Source: an uncultured virus (IMG/VR IMGVR_UViG_3300042503_001397) (taxonomy: Duplodnaviria > Heunggongvirae > Uroviricota > Caudoviricetes). From it: a DNA stretch of 20,000 bases. The notes below the pieces were generated by a model. It made no database searches. It was not told the origin of the DNA and saw only the letters and a program-made list of their open reading frames with translations. Made by a program: the position numbers and the translations under genes. Positions 1 through 8,757 of this stretch are shown piece after piece (positions within the stretch are counted from its first letter, which is position 1; every line of letters starts with the position of its first letter). The stretch lies in IMG/VR virus record IMGVR_UViG_3300042503_001397; one strand, written 5' to 3'.

Positions 1-3000
1 TAGTTTGATGAACCTGCCAATTGGATACACAAATCACTCATATCGTAATCAGAATAAACTCTAGTTCCTTCATAAGAACCAGCATTTCCTCCCAATTTAA
101 TACCAGTATGGTATGCAATTCTTAAATCCGGATAAGGATAACCCCATCCACCACCTTCTTGGAAGATAGAGTATGCATTTGTACCTTGTCCAGAGTTACC
201 ACCCGTACCAATAAAATCAATACGAGCTGCTCTCATATAGTTATTGAATTCACCAGAACTCATTTGAGAATATCCAGTAGGGTCAGTATAATATCCTGTA
301 TTGTTTTGGTCATAGAATATAGGTGCTCTAGAACTACCATTTGAATATGAGTTACCACCCCTATCTATATAGAAATCAGTAGTACCCCAACTTTGGTTTC
401 TATGGCCGTGGTCGTGGTTGATTCTAAAATAAGAATCATCTGCATATCCATATCCACAAGACCATGTATTACTATTAAATCCGCTTGAGAATAAGATAGA
501 AGGTCTATCACCTCCAGGTCCACCATTTACTCTAAATTCACCAACAATACCCCAAGAGTTATCACCCTGGTTGTTTGCTGCCATAAATGCTCTACTATTA
601 GGACCTGTTCCAAGTTTTACAACTTCTAATACTAAACCAGTGTTTGTAAAATAACTATATCCATTAGGGTCTACATATCGAGATGTGTCATTGGCATCGT
701 ACATAATTGTAGAATATAGTGAACCAACACCAACTTCATTCAATCCGTACATTGCTAACTTATACCAAGCACGCTTTGAACTCCAATAAGATGTCCACCA
801 TGCACCTTCAATAGGTCCACCAACTAATTGCCACCCATATCCACTATTATATGAACTTACATAGTGAAGTGCCTGAACTCCAGTCCAGTGAGATGTACCA
901 GCGGGTTGGTTAGCTGGGTTACTCCACGTATCAAAGAATCCACTACCCCAAGTAAATACTGAAATAAGGTCAGTTGTACCCCAACCCATTGAACCTACCC
1001 AATAGTTAGAATCCCCAGTATAATCATTTCTACGGAAGTTACCTTTTGCAGTCTGTCCAATTCTCATTTTACCATAATCGGTCAAACCTTGCCAGTTAGT
1101 ATTTCCGTTACCATCAAAATAGTAACCAGTATCTCTATCGTAATAGATTGGTGCGTTCATTTGGTCTCTTGCCCAAATTCTAGAAGAAATTGCTGCGAAT
1201 GTAGTACCATAGTTCATTACCAATAATCCGTGGTCATTTAAGAATCCAGCTTGTCCTCCAGCGTTTGGATGTGACCAAGCTAAACCATATAAAGAACCAG
1301 GAGATGAACCATCAATTGCTAATTTATATGAATCACCCATTGCGAATACACCCTGATATCTAGTAGATGTATAAACACCTACAACAGATTGTCCGTAGTT
1401 GTAATCTAAGTAAAGGTTATTGTTTGTACCAATTCTAACTGCCGAATTAAATCTAACAGAAGATGTACTATCTGCATTAAATCCTAATAATGTGTTTCCT
1501 GCTGAGTTATTTGATGAATAGAATCCACCTGCTTCGTAAGCGTAATAAGAGCCATCAACTAATGTATATCCTTGTCCACCTTTATATAGGATTACAAATT
1601 CAGAACCCCCAGACATAGCATGTCCCCAAGCTCTAGTAAATCCATAAGATGCTAAATCACCTAACCAACCACCACTATTATACCAAACTTGTGCGCCACC
1701 AATGGTCATATTAACGGCGTTAATACCACTATTTGTAAATGTTGCCGATGTTACACCATTACTACTTTGAACTCTAAATCCAGTTCCAAAATAGTATCTC
1801 ATTTCTTCCCAATCATCATCCGCATTCCATATAAAGTGATTGGTATCTCCGTTAGTTCTTAGATATAATCTTTGGTCATTTAAACCATAAGAACCAGTCA
1901 TATTTATACCACCACTAATAGGAATTGCGTATCCAGAATAGTTTCCAGCATGCAACATTGCTCTCCACCCACTTTGCCAGTTCGTAGTACCATACCATCC
2001 GTATCTATGAAGAATTTCACCCTGATAGAAATAGTATTGGTCATGTTGATGCCCACCTAATCCATAATATTCAATTAATGTACCATAAGATGAAGGTGCT
2101 CCACTTTGAGTGTAACTATCCCACATTCTAAAGGACATTGATTGAGTACCACTACCAGTACCATGAGCTCCCCAACTATAATCCCATTCTCTATAAGGGA
2201 ATGTTACTTGGTTTACTACTATTCTATTACTATTCCATAAATAAGTTGTATCATCCGAAACATAATATAGTGGTGAACGTAAATTACCATTTACCGAATC
2301 AGGCGTTACATATACTTCCTGATTTACCATTCTTAATGTAGTAAAATTCGATGCACCTTCAGTACCAGTATTTAAATTGATTCTTTTTGATGAACCTCTA
2401 TTTGATATATTAATTGCCCCAGCTCCATCTAAATTCATAGATAATCCATCAGTAGAATATGCTGCATAAGAACCAAAAGATTGTGTTCTACCACCCATAC
2501 CAAACCAAACTCTTTGAGTACTATTATCATCATACATTCCCAATAACATATATCCAGATGCAGATGTATTATGCCATCTCATAAACGGAGCGCCACTACT
2601 ATTGAATCTTGCTAAACCATTTACAATTAAACCGGCATTGTTTACATTCAAATTACCAGTATCTAATGTTAAATAATTTGTTCCATTAATACTCCAATAA
2701 TGAGCGTTGTTATTAGCATCAATTTGATATGTTGTATATGCTCCAGAGTTTGATGGTCTAGTTTGGAATCTCATTTTTGCACGGCTGGTGCCATTATCAA
2801 CAGTCTCAATATAAAGACCGCCACTATCCATATCACTATAAGTGTAATATGAGTTACCACCAGAAGACCATCTTAAATTACCAACGGCTTGTATAGTAGC
2901 TTGAGGAGTACCAGTACTTCCAGCTATTAAACTATTTGTTACTTTAACGTTTGCATCACTAGTACCAACTGATAAAATAACTGCATCTAAATCTTCATTA

Positions 3001-6000
3001 TTATAGAAACGAACTCCACCATATCCAGGTTGTGCACCCATACGAATACCAGTGTGCCATCTTAAATCTAATTTGGTATATGAACCTCCAAAATTTTCTA
3101 TATTAGTACCAATGTAGTAATTACTATTTGCATCACTATCACCACCACCAAAATGTAATCTAGTAGAACCTACTGAACTATATGCCTGATTACTAAAGTT
3201 ACCACCAATTACAGCTCTACCTGTTACTGTTAAATCATTAAAAGTAGGAGAATCGGTTGTACGAACATACTGATTCATATAATATGCATATGGAGAATTG
3301 AAATCAGTAAGAACTAATCTACCACTTCCCCAATTTGCCGAATCAAATGCTTGTTTTGCGAAGAAAACATTTTCTGAGTATTTGTCACTTACAATAGCGA
3401 AACTACTCTTAACATCACCACCACTATATGTACTTGTCCATAACACATCACTCCAAGGACCACTAAATCCTAAATTACCACTGGATAACATTGCTACCTT
3501 AAACTTACCAGCTCCAAATATAGCGTTGTTTGGTTTTTCACTACCACCACTCACATAATAACCACCTAAATAGTTATCTGCTCTTGTATATTGTCTTTGG
3601 TCATAATAAGTACCTTCTTGCCCATCCAATAAATCTGAATTGAGGCTTGATACTAATGTAGTTGATGAAACTACCAATGGAGATGTACCAGTTGCAACTC
3701 CTAATGTTAGTCTATTATGTGTTACGTTATCAGTTGTTCTAACCGGTTGGTTTAAATAATCTGAGAATTGGTAACCATCCCATAAATCCGCATCCAATCC
3801 AGTACCAGTTCCATCATTTGCACTATGCCAAATTGTTCCAGCAATATGTCCTTGATTTGCAGTTGTCATAGTTACCCATCCAACCGATGACCAAGATGTA
3901 TTATCCGTTCTATTTCTTATTTTGAATCCTCTAACAGGAGTATTATATTCAAACTCCATTTGAACTGTTCCAGTAGAACCACCCATATTAGTAGACCACA
4001 ATCCAGAACTATATCCTGTATAACTTAAGGTTCTAAATCCATTATCAACATAAGTATCAATACTAGTACCAGTACCTCCACTTAAATTTCTAAAGAATGA
4101 TGAATTTTGTTGTCCACCTAAATAATCAGAGTTTAAGTTACTAACTAAAGTTGTAGATGATACTGCTAATGGTGATGTACCAGTTGCTACAGTTGATGTT
4201 ATTCTATTGAATGATGGTGAATCAGTTGTACGAACATTTTGGTTCATTAAATGAACTTCAGTTGCTCCTTGTCCACTATCAACAGTTCCACTAAGAACTA
4301 CATTACCTGCTACATAAAGACCATCTTCGGCATACCATCTATCATTTGCTTCTTCCCAATAAAATGCTTTCGTTGCTGCATTACCTCTCTTAACTTCTAT
4401 ACCTGCATTTTCAGTTGGTGCAGTTGATGCTCCAATATCTGCGTTAAGTGTAAGGATATTATCACCTACGTTAAGAGTTGTTGTATTAATATATGTTGTT
4501 GTACCACTTACAGTAAGGTCACCACTAATTGTAGCGTTACCAGTTACTGCTAATGTAGTACCATCGAATCTTAAATTTGCTTCAACAGTTCCGTTAGGAG
4601 CTGAACCATTTAGTGTGATTACACCATTATCAGTTGTACCAGTTAATGCTAATAATCCAGATGTACCAGATGTACCACGCGTACCTGATGTTCCACTACT
4701 TCCAGAAGTTCCAGAAGAACCAGAAGTACCACTACTTCCAGAAGTTCCAGAAGAACCAGAAGTACCACTACTACCGCTTGTACCAGCAGAACCACTTACT
4801 CCAGAAGTTCCCGATGAGCCACTTGTACCAGAAGTTCCTGAAGTACCTCTACTACCACTTGTACCAGAAGTTCCAGCCGAACCACTTGTACCAGAAGTTC
4901 CTGAAGTTCCAGCCGAACCACTCACCCCACTACTACCACTAGTCCCACTACTACCACTTATACCAGAAGTTCCTGAAGTGCCTCTACTACCACTTGTACC
5001 AGAAGTTCCTGCTGAACCAGAAGAACCTTGTGCTCCAGAAGTTCCAGATGTTCCTGCTGAACCAGAAGAACCTTGTGCTCCAGAAGTTCCAGATGTTCCC
5101 GATGTACCTGCCGAACCTGAAATTCCAGATGTACCAGAAGTTCCTGATGTTCCTGCTGAACCCGATGAACCTTGTGCTCCAGAAGTTCCTGATGTTCCTG
5201 ATGTTCCTGCTGAACCCGATGAACCTTGTGCTCCAGAAGTTCCTGATGTACCTCTACTTCCACTTGTTCCCGAAGTTCCTGAAGTTCCCGATGAACCCCC
5301 ACTACCACTTATTCCAGAAGTTCCAGATGAACCAGAAGTTCCTGATGAACCAGAAGTTCCTGATGTACCTCTACTTCCACTTGTTCCCGAAGTTCCCGAT
5401 GAACCACTTCCTCCACCGGCTCCAGTTATACCTGAAGTTCCCGATGAACCTCCACTACCAGCCGTTCCATTCGTTCCACTTGTACCGCTTGTCCCACTAC
5501 TACCAGAAGTTCCTGATGTTCCATTTGAACCGCCACCACCAGTTATACCACCACTTCCTGCAGTTCCAGAAGTTCCCGAAGTACCACTACTACCACTTCT
5601 TCCAGAGGTTCCCGATGTACCAGCTGTACCAGTTGTACCACCCGTACCATTTGTACCACTTATTCCCGATGAACCACTCGTACCGCTTGTTCCACTACTA
5701 CCACTTAGTCCAGATGTACCGCTTGTACCAGAAGTTCCTGATGTTCCAGAAGTTCCTGATGTTCCAGAAGTTCCTGCCGAACCCGTTGTACCACTACTAC
5801 CTGTTGAGCCTGATGTTCCAGAAGTTCCCGATGTACCACTTGTACCACTACTACCGCTTGTACCAGAAGTTCCTGATGTTCCAGAAGTTCCTGATGTTCC
5901 AGAAGTTCCTGATGTGCCAGCCGAACCAGTTGAACCAGAAGTTCCTGATGTTCCAGAAGTTCCTGATGTTCCAGAAGTTCCAGACGAACCCTGAGAACCA

Positions 6001-6707
6001 GAAGTTCCTGATGAACCCGATGTACCAGATGAACCAGATGTTCCTGATGTTCCCGATGTTCCAGAAGTACCAGATGTTCCTGATGTTGCTGCTGCTGTTT
6101 TTACACCAACCCTACCAGTTGTTGTATTATAAACTAAAACTTCATTTGTACTACCATCTTGCGGTAAAGAGCCAACACCAAATGTTAATGAACCAGTAAT
6201 ACCAACACTTCCAGTAAATTCTTGCTTATCAGTTTGAGCATCACCAAATTTTGATGAACCACTTGCGTATATTATTGATGATGAAATGTAAGTTACTTTT
6301 AATTCAGTTGCATTTATTGTACCAGCTACTGTTAAATCAGTATTAACTACTAAACCTTTATTTGGAGAAATTATTGCCGTTGCTGAACCTGATTTTAATC
6401 TATCCAAATCACCAATTGATGTAGCTGATATATTAAACAATCCACTACCATCTCCTCTAAACAAAGATGCTGATATTGATGATGAAATATTAAAAGAGCC
6501 ACTAATTTGGGTATTTGCTTTTATTTGAAGTGGTGATGTACCAATTACTCCAATTACATTTGTTTGTACTGCAGAAGAACTAAAATTTCCTACAATATTA
6601 ACAGATTCAGATGAGGCATTTAAAATAGGAGAACCACTTACAAAAAGTGATACACTATTTACACTAGTCTGATTTAAACCATTTGGATTATTACCGTTAA
6701 ACGCCAT
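1..6707 (-). CDS. Giant tail fibre / receptor-binding protein, >2235 aa, 3'-partial (runs off the window; not in the ORF track)
   Basis: Manual translation from ATG at 6707 (MAFNGNNPNGLNQTSVNSVSLFVSGSPIL...) stays open to the window edge (last full codon at 3-5, ...DLCIQLAGSSN). It contains ASLFRGDGSGLFNI, a Gly-X-Y tract, and typical phage fibre motifs: GDLTVSGTTTYINTTTLNVGDNILTLN, VATGTSPLxVSSTTLVSxLNSD (x2), WHSANDGTGTGLDADLWDG, RAPIFYDQNNTGYYTDP. Confidence 0.9.
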   Translation of the reverse strand, partial: MAFNGNNPNGLNQTSVNSVSLFVSGSPILNASSESVNIVGNFSSSAVQTNVIGVIGTSPLQIKANTQISGSFNISSSISASLFRGDGSGLFNISATSIGDLDRLKSGSATAIISPNKGLVVNTDLTVAGTINATELKVTYISSSIIYASGSSKFGDAQTDKQEFTGSVGITGSLTFGVGSLPQDGSTNEVLVYNTTTGRVGVKTAAATSGTSGTSGTSGTSGTSGSSGTSGSSGTSGSQGSSGTSGTSGTSGTSGTSGSTGSAGTSGTSGTSGTSGTSGTSGTSGSSGTSGTSGTSGTSGSTGSSGTTGSAGTSGTSGTSGTSGTSGTSGTSGLSGSSGTSGTSGSSGISGTNGTGGTTGTAGTSGTSGRSGSSGTSGTSGTAGSGGITGGGGSNGTSGTSGSSGTSGTSGTNGTAGSGGSSGTSGITGAGGGSGSSGTSGTSGSRGTSGTSGSSGTSGSSGTSGISGSGGSSGTSGTSGTSGSRGTSGTSGAQGSSGSAGTSGTSGTSGAQGSSGSAGTSGTSGTSGISGSAGTSGTSGTSGAQGSSGSAGTSGTSGAQGSSGSAGTSGTSGSRGTSGTSGISGSSGTSGSSGVSGSAGTSGTSGTSGSAGTSGTSGSRGTSGTSGTSGSSGTSGVSGSAGTSGSSGTSGSSGTSGSSGTSGSSGTSGSSGTSGTRGTSGTSGLLALTGTTDNGVITLNGSAPNGTVEANLRFDGTTLAVTGNATISGDLTVSGTTTYINTTTLNVGDNILTLNADIGASTAPTENAGIEVKRGNAATKAFYWEEANDRWYAEDGLYVAGNVVLSGTVDSGQGATEVHLMNQNVRTTDSPSFNRITSTVATGTSPLAVSSTTLVSNLNSDYLGGQQNSSFFRNLSGGTGTSIDTYVDNGFRTLSYTGYSSGLWSTNMGGSTGTVQMEFEYNTPVRGFKIRNRTDNTSWSSVGWVTMTTANQGHIAGTIWHSANDGTGTGLDADLWDGYQFSDYLNQPVRTTDNVTHNRLTLGVATGTSPLVVSSTTLVSSLNSDLLDGQEGTYYDQRQYTRADNYLGGYYVSGGSEKPNNAIFGAGKFKVAMLSSGNLGFSGPWSDVLWTSTYSGGDVKSSFAIVSDKYSENVFFAKQAFDSANWGSGRLVLTDFNSPYAYYMNQYVRTTDSPTFNDLTVTGRAVIGGNFSNQAYSSVGSTRLHFGGGDSDANSNYYIGTNIENFGGSYTKLDLRWHTGIRMGAQPGYGGVRFYNNEDLDAVILSVGTSDANVKVTNSLIAGSTGTPQATIQAVGNLRWSSGGNSYYTYSDMDSGGLYIETVDNGTSRAKMRFQTRPSNSGAYTTYQIDANNNAHYWSINGTNYLTLDTGNLNVNNAGLIVNGLARFNSSGAPFMRWHNTSASGYMLLGMYDDNSTQRVWFGMGGRTQSFGSYAAYSTDGLSMNLDGAGAINISNRGSSKRINLNTGTEGASNFTTLRMVNQEVYVTPDSVNGNLRSPLYYVSDDTTYLWNSNRIVVNQVTFPYREWDYSWGAHGTGSGTQSMSFRMWDSYTQSGAPSSYGTLIEYYGLGGHQHDQYYFYQGEILHRYGWYGTTNWQSGWRAMLHAGNYSGYAIPISGGINMTGSYGLNDQRLYLRTNGDTNHFIWNADDDWEEMRYYFGTGFRVQSSNGVTSATFTNSGINAVNMTIGGAQVWYNSGGWLGDLASYGFTRAWGHAMSGGSEFVILYKGGQGYTLVDGSYYAYEAGGFYSSNNSAGNTLLGFNADSTSSVRFNSAVRIGTNNNLYLDYNYGQSVVGVYTSTRYQGVFAMGDSYKLAIDGSSPGSLYGLAWSHPNAGGQAGFLNDHGLLVMNYGTTFAAISSRIWARDQMNAPIYYDRDTGYYFDGNGNTNWQGLTDYGKMRIGQTAKGNFRRNDYTGDSNYWVGSMGWGTTDLISVFTWGSGFFDTWSNPANQPAGTSHWTGVQALHYVSSYNSGYGWQLVGGPIEGAWWTSYWSSKRAWYKLAMYGLNEVGVGSLYSTIMYDANDTSRYVDPNGYSYFTNTGLVLEVVKLGTGPNSRAFMAANNQGDNSWGIVGEFRVNGGPGGDRPSILFSSGFNSNTWSCGYGYADDSYFRINHDHGHRNQSWGTTDFYIDRGGNSYSNGSSRAPIFYDQNNTGYYTDPTGYSQMSSGEFNNYMRAARIDFIGTGGNSGQGTNAYSIFQEGGGWGYPYPDLRIAYHTGIKLGGNAGSYEGTRVYSDYDMSDLCIQLAGSSN
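4656..6080 (-). repeat. Collagen-like (Gly-X-Y)n coding repeat, 475 aa, mostly GTS/GSS/GSA
   Basis: 9-nt periodicity; Gly at every third codon with no register break (mirrored by Pro at every third residue in the antisense ORF 4615..5994). Confidence 0.95.
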
Positions 6708-6723
6708 TTAATATATCTTTTTA

Positions 6724-7056
6724 TTATGTCAATTCTAATACTGAAACAATTACATCTGCCGAAGCTGCTAACGATGATGTAACTGAAATAAAGTCTGTTG
6801 CTTCTAATACAACTTTTTGGTCTCCACCTACCATAACATTTGAACTACCTTGTACAATTAAAGCATTCTTTACCAAAAATACGCATTTGTTTCCACCATT
6901 ATCTCTAAGCATTACACTTACAGAAATATTTTGAGTTGATGTATTTGCTACATTGACACCAATTACAGTTGCTGCTGTTCCTGCCGGAGCTTCATATACT
7001 TTTACGCCTGTTATTCCGATTGAACTTGTTATACTATTTTTAAATGTATTTGCCAT
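6724..7056 (-). CDS. Small phage virion structural protein, 110 aa, predicted beta-sandwich (MANTFK... type)
   Basis: ORF track; alternating hydrophobic beta pattern; motifs VYEAPAG...VIGVNVAN and KVVLEATD...VSVLELT, which I recall from uncharacterised small proteins of aquatic phages; paralogous to the two ends of 18935..19852. Confidence 0.75.
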   Translation of the reverse strand: MANTFKNSITSSIGITGVKVYEAPAGTAATVIGVNVANTSTQNISVSVMLRDNGGNKCVFLVKNALIVQGSSNVMVGGDQKVVLEATDFISVTSSLAASADVIVSVLELT

Positions 7057-7068
7057 TTTGTTTTATTT

Positions 7069-7347
7069 TTATCCTAATGCTATTGCAAAGGCTATTGCCG
7101 AATCTAATACGTCCACACCATCTACTAAATAACCACCTTGTGTTAATCTAATAGAACCAGTAATTATTTGAGAACCAGTAACAGATAATCTTTGATTTAT
7201 ATTAAGAAAATCAAAAGATGCTTGAGATACATCAATAGTTCCTTTAAATGAACCAGTAAATGAACCAGTAAATGAACCGCTTAAATTTGCGTATGCATTT
7301 GAAGCTTGAATAATTGAACCTGAAAATATTGGACTATGTATTACCAT
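7069..7347 (-). CDS. Short fibre-like structural protein, 92 aa, with hydrophobic C-terminal AIAFAIALG tail
   Basis: ORF track; SGSFTGSFTGSFKG and VTGSQIITGS motifs shared with the giant fibres; 12-nt gap to the next gene. Confidence 0.7.
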   Translation of the reverse strand: MVIHSPIFSGSIIQASNAYANLSGSFTGSFTGSFKGTIDVSQASFDFLNINQRLSVTGSQIITGSIRLTQGGYLVDGVDVLDSAIAFAIALG

Positions 7348-7375
7348 CTATATCTATATACTTTTGTGTTATGTG

Positions 7376-7389
7376 TATAAATATAAATA
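7376..7389 (-). promoter_or_regulatory. Candidate phage promoter element, overlapping TATTTATA x2 (coding strand)
   Basis: Coding-strand TATTTATATTTATA about 30-40 nt upstream of the ATG at 7347; the same core occurs twice upstream of 18867. Confidence 0.45.
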
Positions 7390-7398
7390 ATTTTCCTT

Positions 7399-7842
7399 TT
7401 AAGGTTTCACAGGCCAAGTTATACTAAATGGATTGGGTTGAGATGTAATATCTCTTAAAGATTGTCTGTATTCAGACCAAATTGCTTTTGTTTCAGCTGA
7501 TACATCTGCTAATTGTGTCCAATCACACTCTACCAATAATTCATTTCGAGTTTCTCTAACAATAAACCATTGATTTTCTAATCTATAATCTATTTCAGTT
7601 TGAGATGCATTGGTTTGAATCCAATTTTGATAATATACACCATCAGTTAAAACAGGCGTTCCTTCGGTGATATTTTTTGTGTAATCGGTTGGCATTGGAG
7701 TTGGAGTAACTACATACATATCCCACTCTATCAATGATGTATCAGTTAATTCGCTAGGTAAGCTTACATTTGGAAATGCTGCTCTTAATTGAGGAATACT
7801 ATAAGGATAGTTTATTGTTTCATCTATAATTCGTAAATACAT
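7399..7842 (-). CDS. Phage tail (fibre) assembly chaperone, 147 aa
   Basis: C-terminal WFIVRETRNELLVECDWTQLAD...WSEYRQSLRDITSQPNPFSITWPVKP matches the recalled signature of the Phage_tail_APC-type chaperone family; it sits directly downstream of fibre genes. Confidence 0.85.
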   Translation of the reverse strand: MYLRIIDETINYPYSIPQLRAAFPNVSLPSELTDTSLIEWDMYVVTPTPMPTDYTKNITEGTPVLTDGVYYQNWIQTNASQTEIDYRLENQWFIVRETRNELLVECDWTQLADVSAETKAIWSEYRQSLRDITSQPNPFSITWPVKP

Positions 7843-7843
7843 A

Positions 7844-8746
7844 TTATTTAAAGTTTACAGGTATTGATGCAAAATTTGATAAACCAGTACAATTGTTGAA
7901 TGCATCAGTTCCAGATGGAGTTGGAGTTCTTAACCACAATTCAGGTGCAGTTCCCGTTAATGAATTTACAGTTGAACTCATATTATAAATATTATTAAAA
8001 ATAGTTACGTTTGTATTAAATGTAAATTGTAATACATTTGTTAATGCTCTACAATTTCTAAAAGTTGATGAAAAGTTTACTACTAAAGTATTAGTATCAA
8101 ATAATGTAGAAGGTACTGATGTTAATCCAGTACAAGCAAAAAAGCAAGATGCAAATGTTGTTGCTAAAGTTACATTATCAAATAATCCAGTTGGTACGGT
8201 TGTTATAGTTGTTATACCAGAAAAACTATCCGTAAATGTTGTTGCGTTTGGTGAATAATCAAATACATCCTCAGGAATTGCTGTTATTCTAGTACCTCTC
8301 ATAAAAGAGGCAAAAGAAACTACCTCTGCTAAACCAGTATACCCACCCACACCACTCAATGAAGCACTTCCAGGTATTGCTGTCAAATTAGTACATCCAT
8401 AAAAATTTATAGTTCTTAATCCAACAATTCCCCATTGTACTAATTCCGTAACAAGAGTTCTAATACCAGCATTATTATCGACACGAAAACCTGGCATAAA
8501 TCCATTTATAGTAATTGTATAAGTTCCGGCTGTTACAAAGGTATGTATTCTATCTACTGAATTTGATGATGTTATTAGTGGTGATGATGTAGAATCTCCC
8601 CAGCTAATCGTTAAATTAGGAGTTAAACCACCATAATCTACTAAAGGAGTTGTAAATACAGTATTAGCCGTAGTCGTTGTTATTCTAAATACAAACGGAA
8701 AAACTGCCGATGTTTCTGATTCTACTAGTCTTCTAAATATTCCCAT
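7844..8746 (-). CDS. PKD/Ig-like plus BspA-type leucine-rich-repeat protein, 300 aa; putative fibre-tip adhesin
   Basis: N-half has ISWGDS...HTFVTAGTYTITING (PKD-like). C-half has ~25-aa repeats (ITAIPEDVFDYSPNATTFTDSFSG; ITTVPTGLFDNVTLATTFASCFFAC; LTSVPSTLFDTNTLVVNFSSTFRNC) and a cap TGTAPELW...FNNCTGLSNFASIP. Confidence 0.75.
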   Translation of the reverse strand: MGIFRRLVESETSAVFPFVFRITTTTANTVFTTPLVDYGGLTPNLTISWGDSTSSPLITSSNSVDRIHTFVTAGTYTITINGFMPGFRVDNNAGIRTLVTELVQWGIVGLRTINFYGCTNLTAIPGSASLSGVGGYTGLAEVVSFASFMRGTRITAIPEDVFDYSPNATTFTDSFSGITTITTVPTGLFDNVTLATTFASCFFACTGLTSVPSTLFDTNTLVVNFSSTFRNCRALTNVLQFTFNTNVTIFNNIYNMSSTVNSLTGTAPELWLRTPTPSGTDAFNNCTGLSNFASIPVNFK

Positions 8747-8757
8747 AACTATAATTA

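Noticed and set aside
159..3558. Small plus-strand ORFs 159..344, 2138..2341 and 3298..3558 (likewise 9063..9251, 13481..13804, 18020..18463)
   Set aside because: They lie antisense within long, motif-rich minus-strand genes and have no recognisable features.
4615..6199. ORFs 4615..5994, 4634..4942, 4994..6199 (+) and 4958..5308 (-)
   Set aside because: Same shadow effect over the Gly-X-Y tract of the hidden minus-strand fibre gene.
7245..7278. 12-nt tandem repeat (TAAATGAACC core x3)
   Set aside because: It simply encodes GSFT-GSFT-GSFK in the 92-aa protein; there is no sign of a separate DNA-level role.
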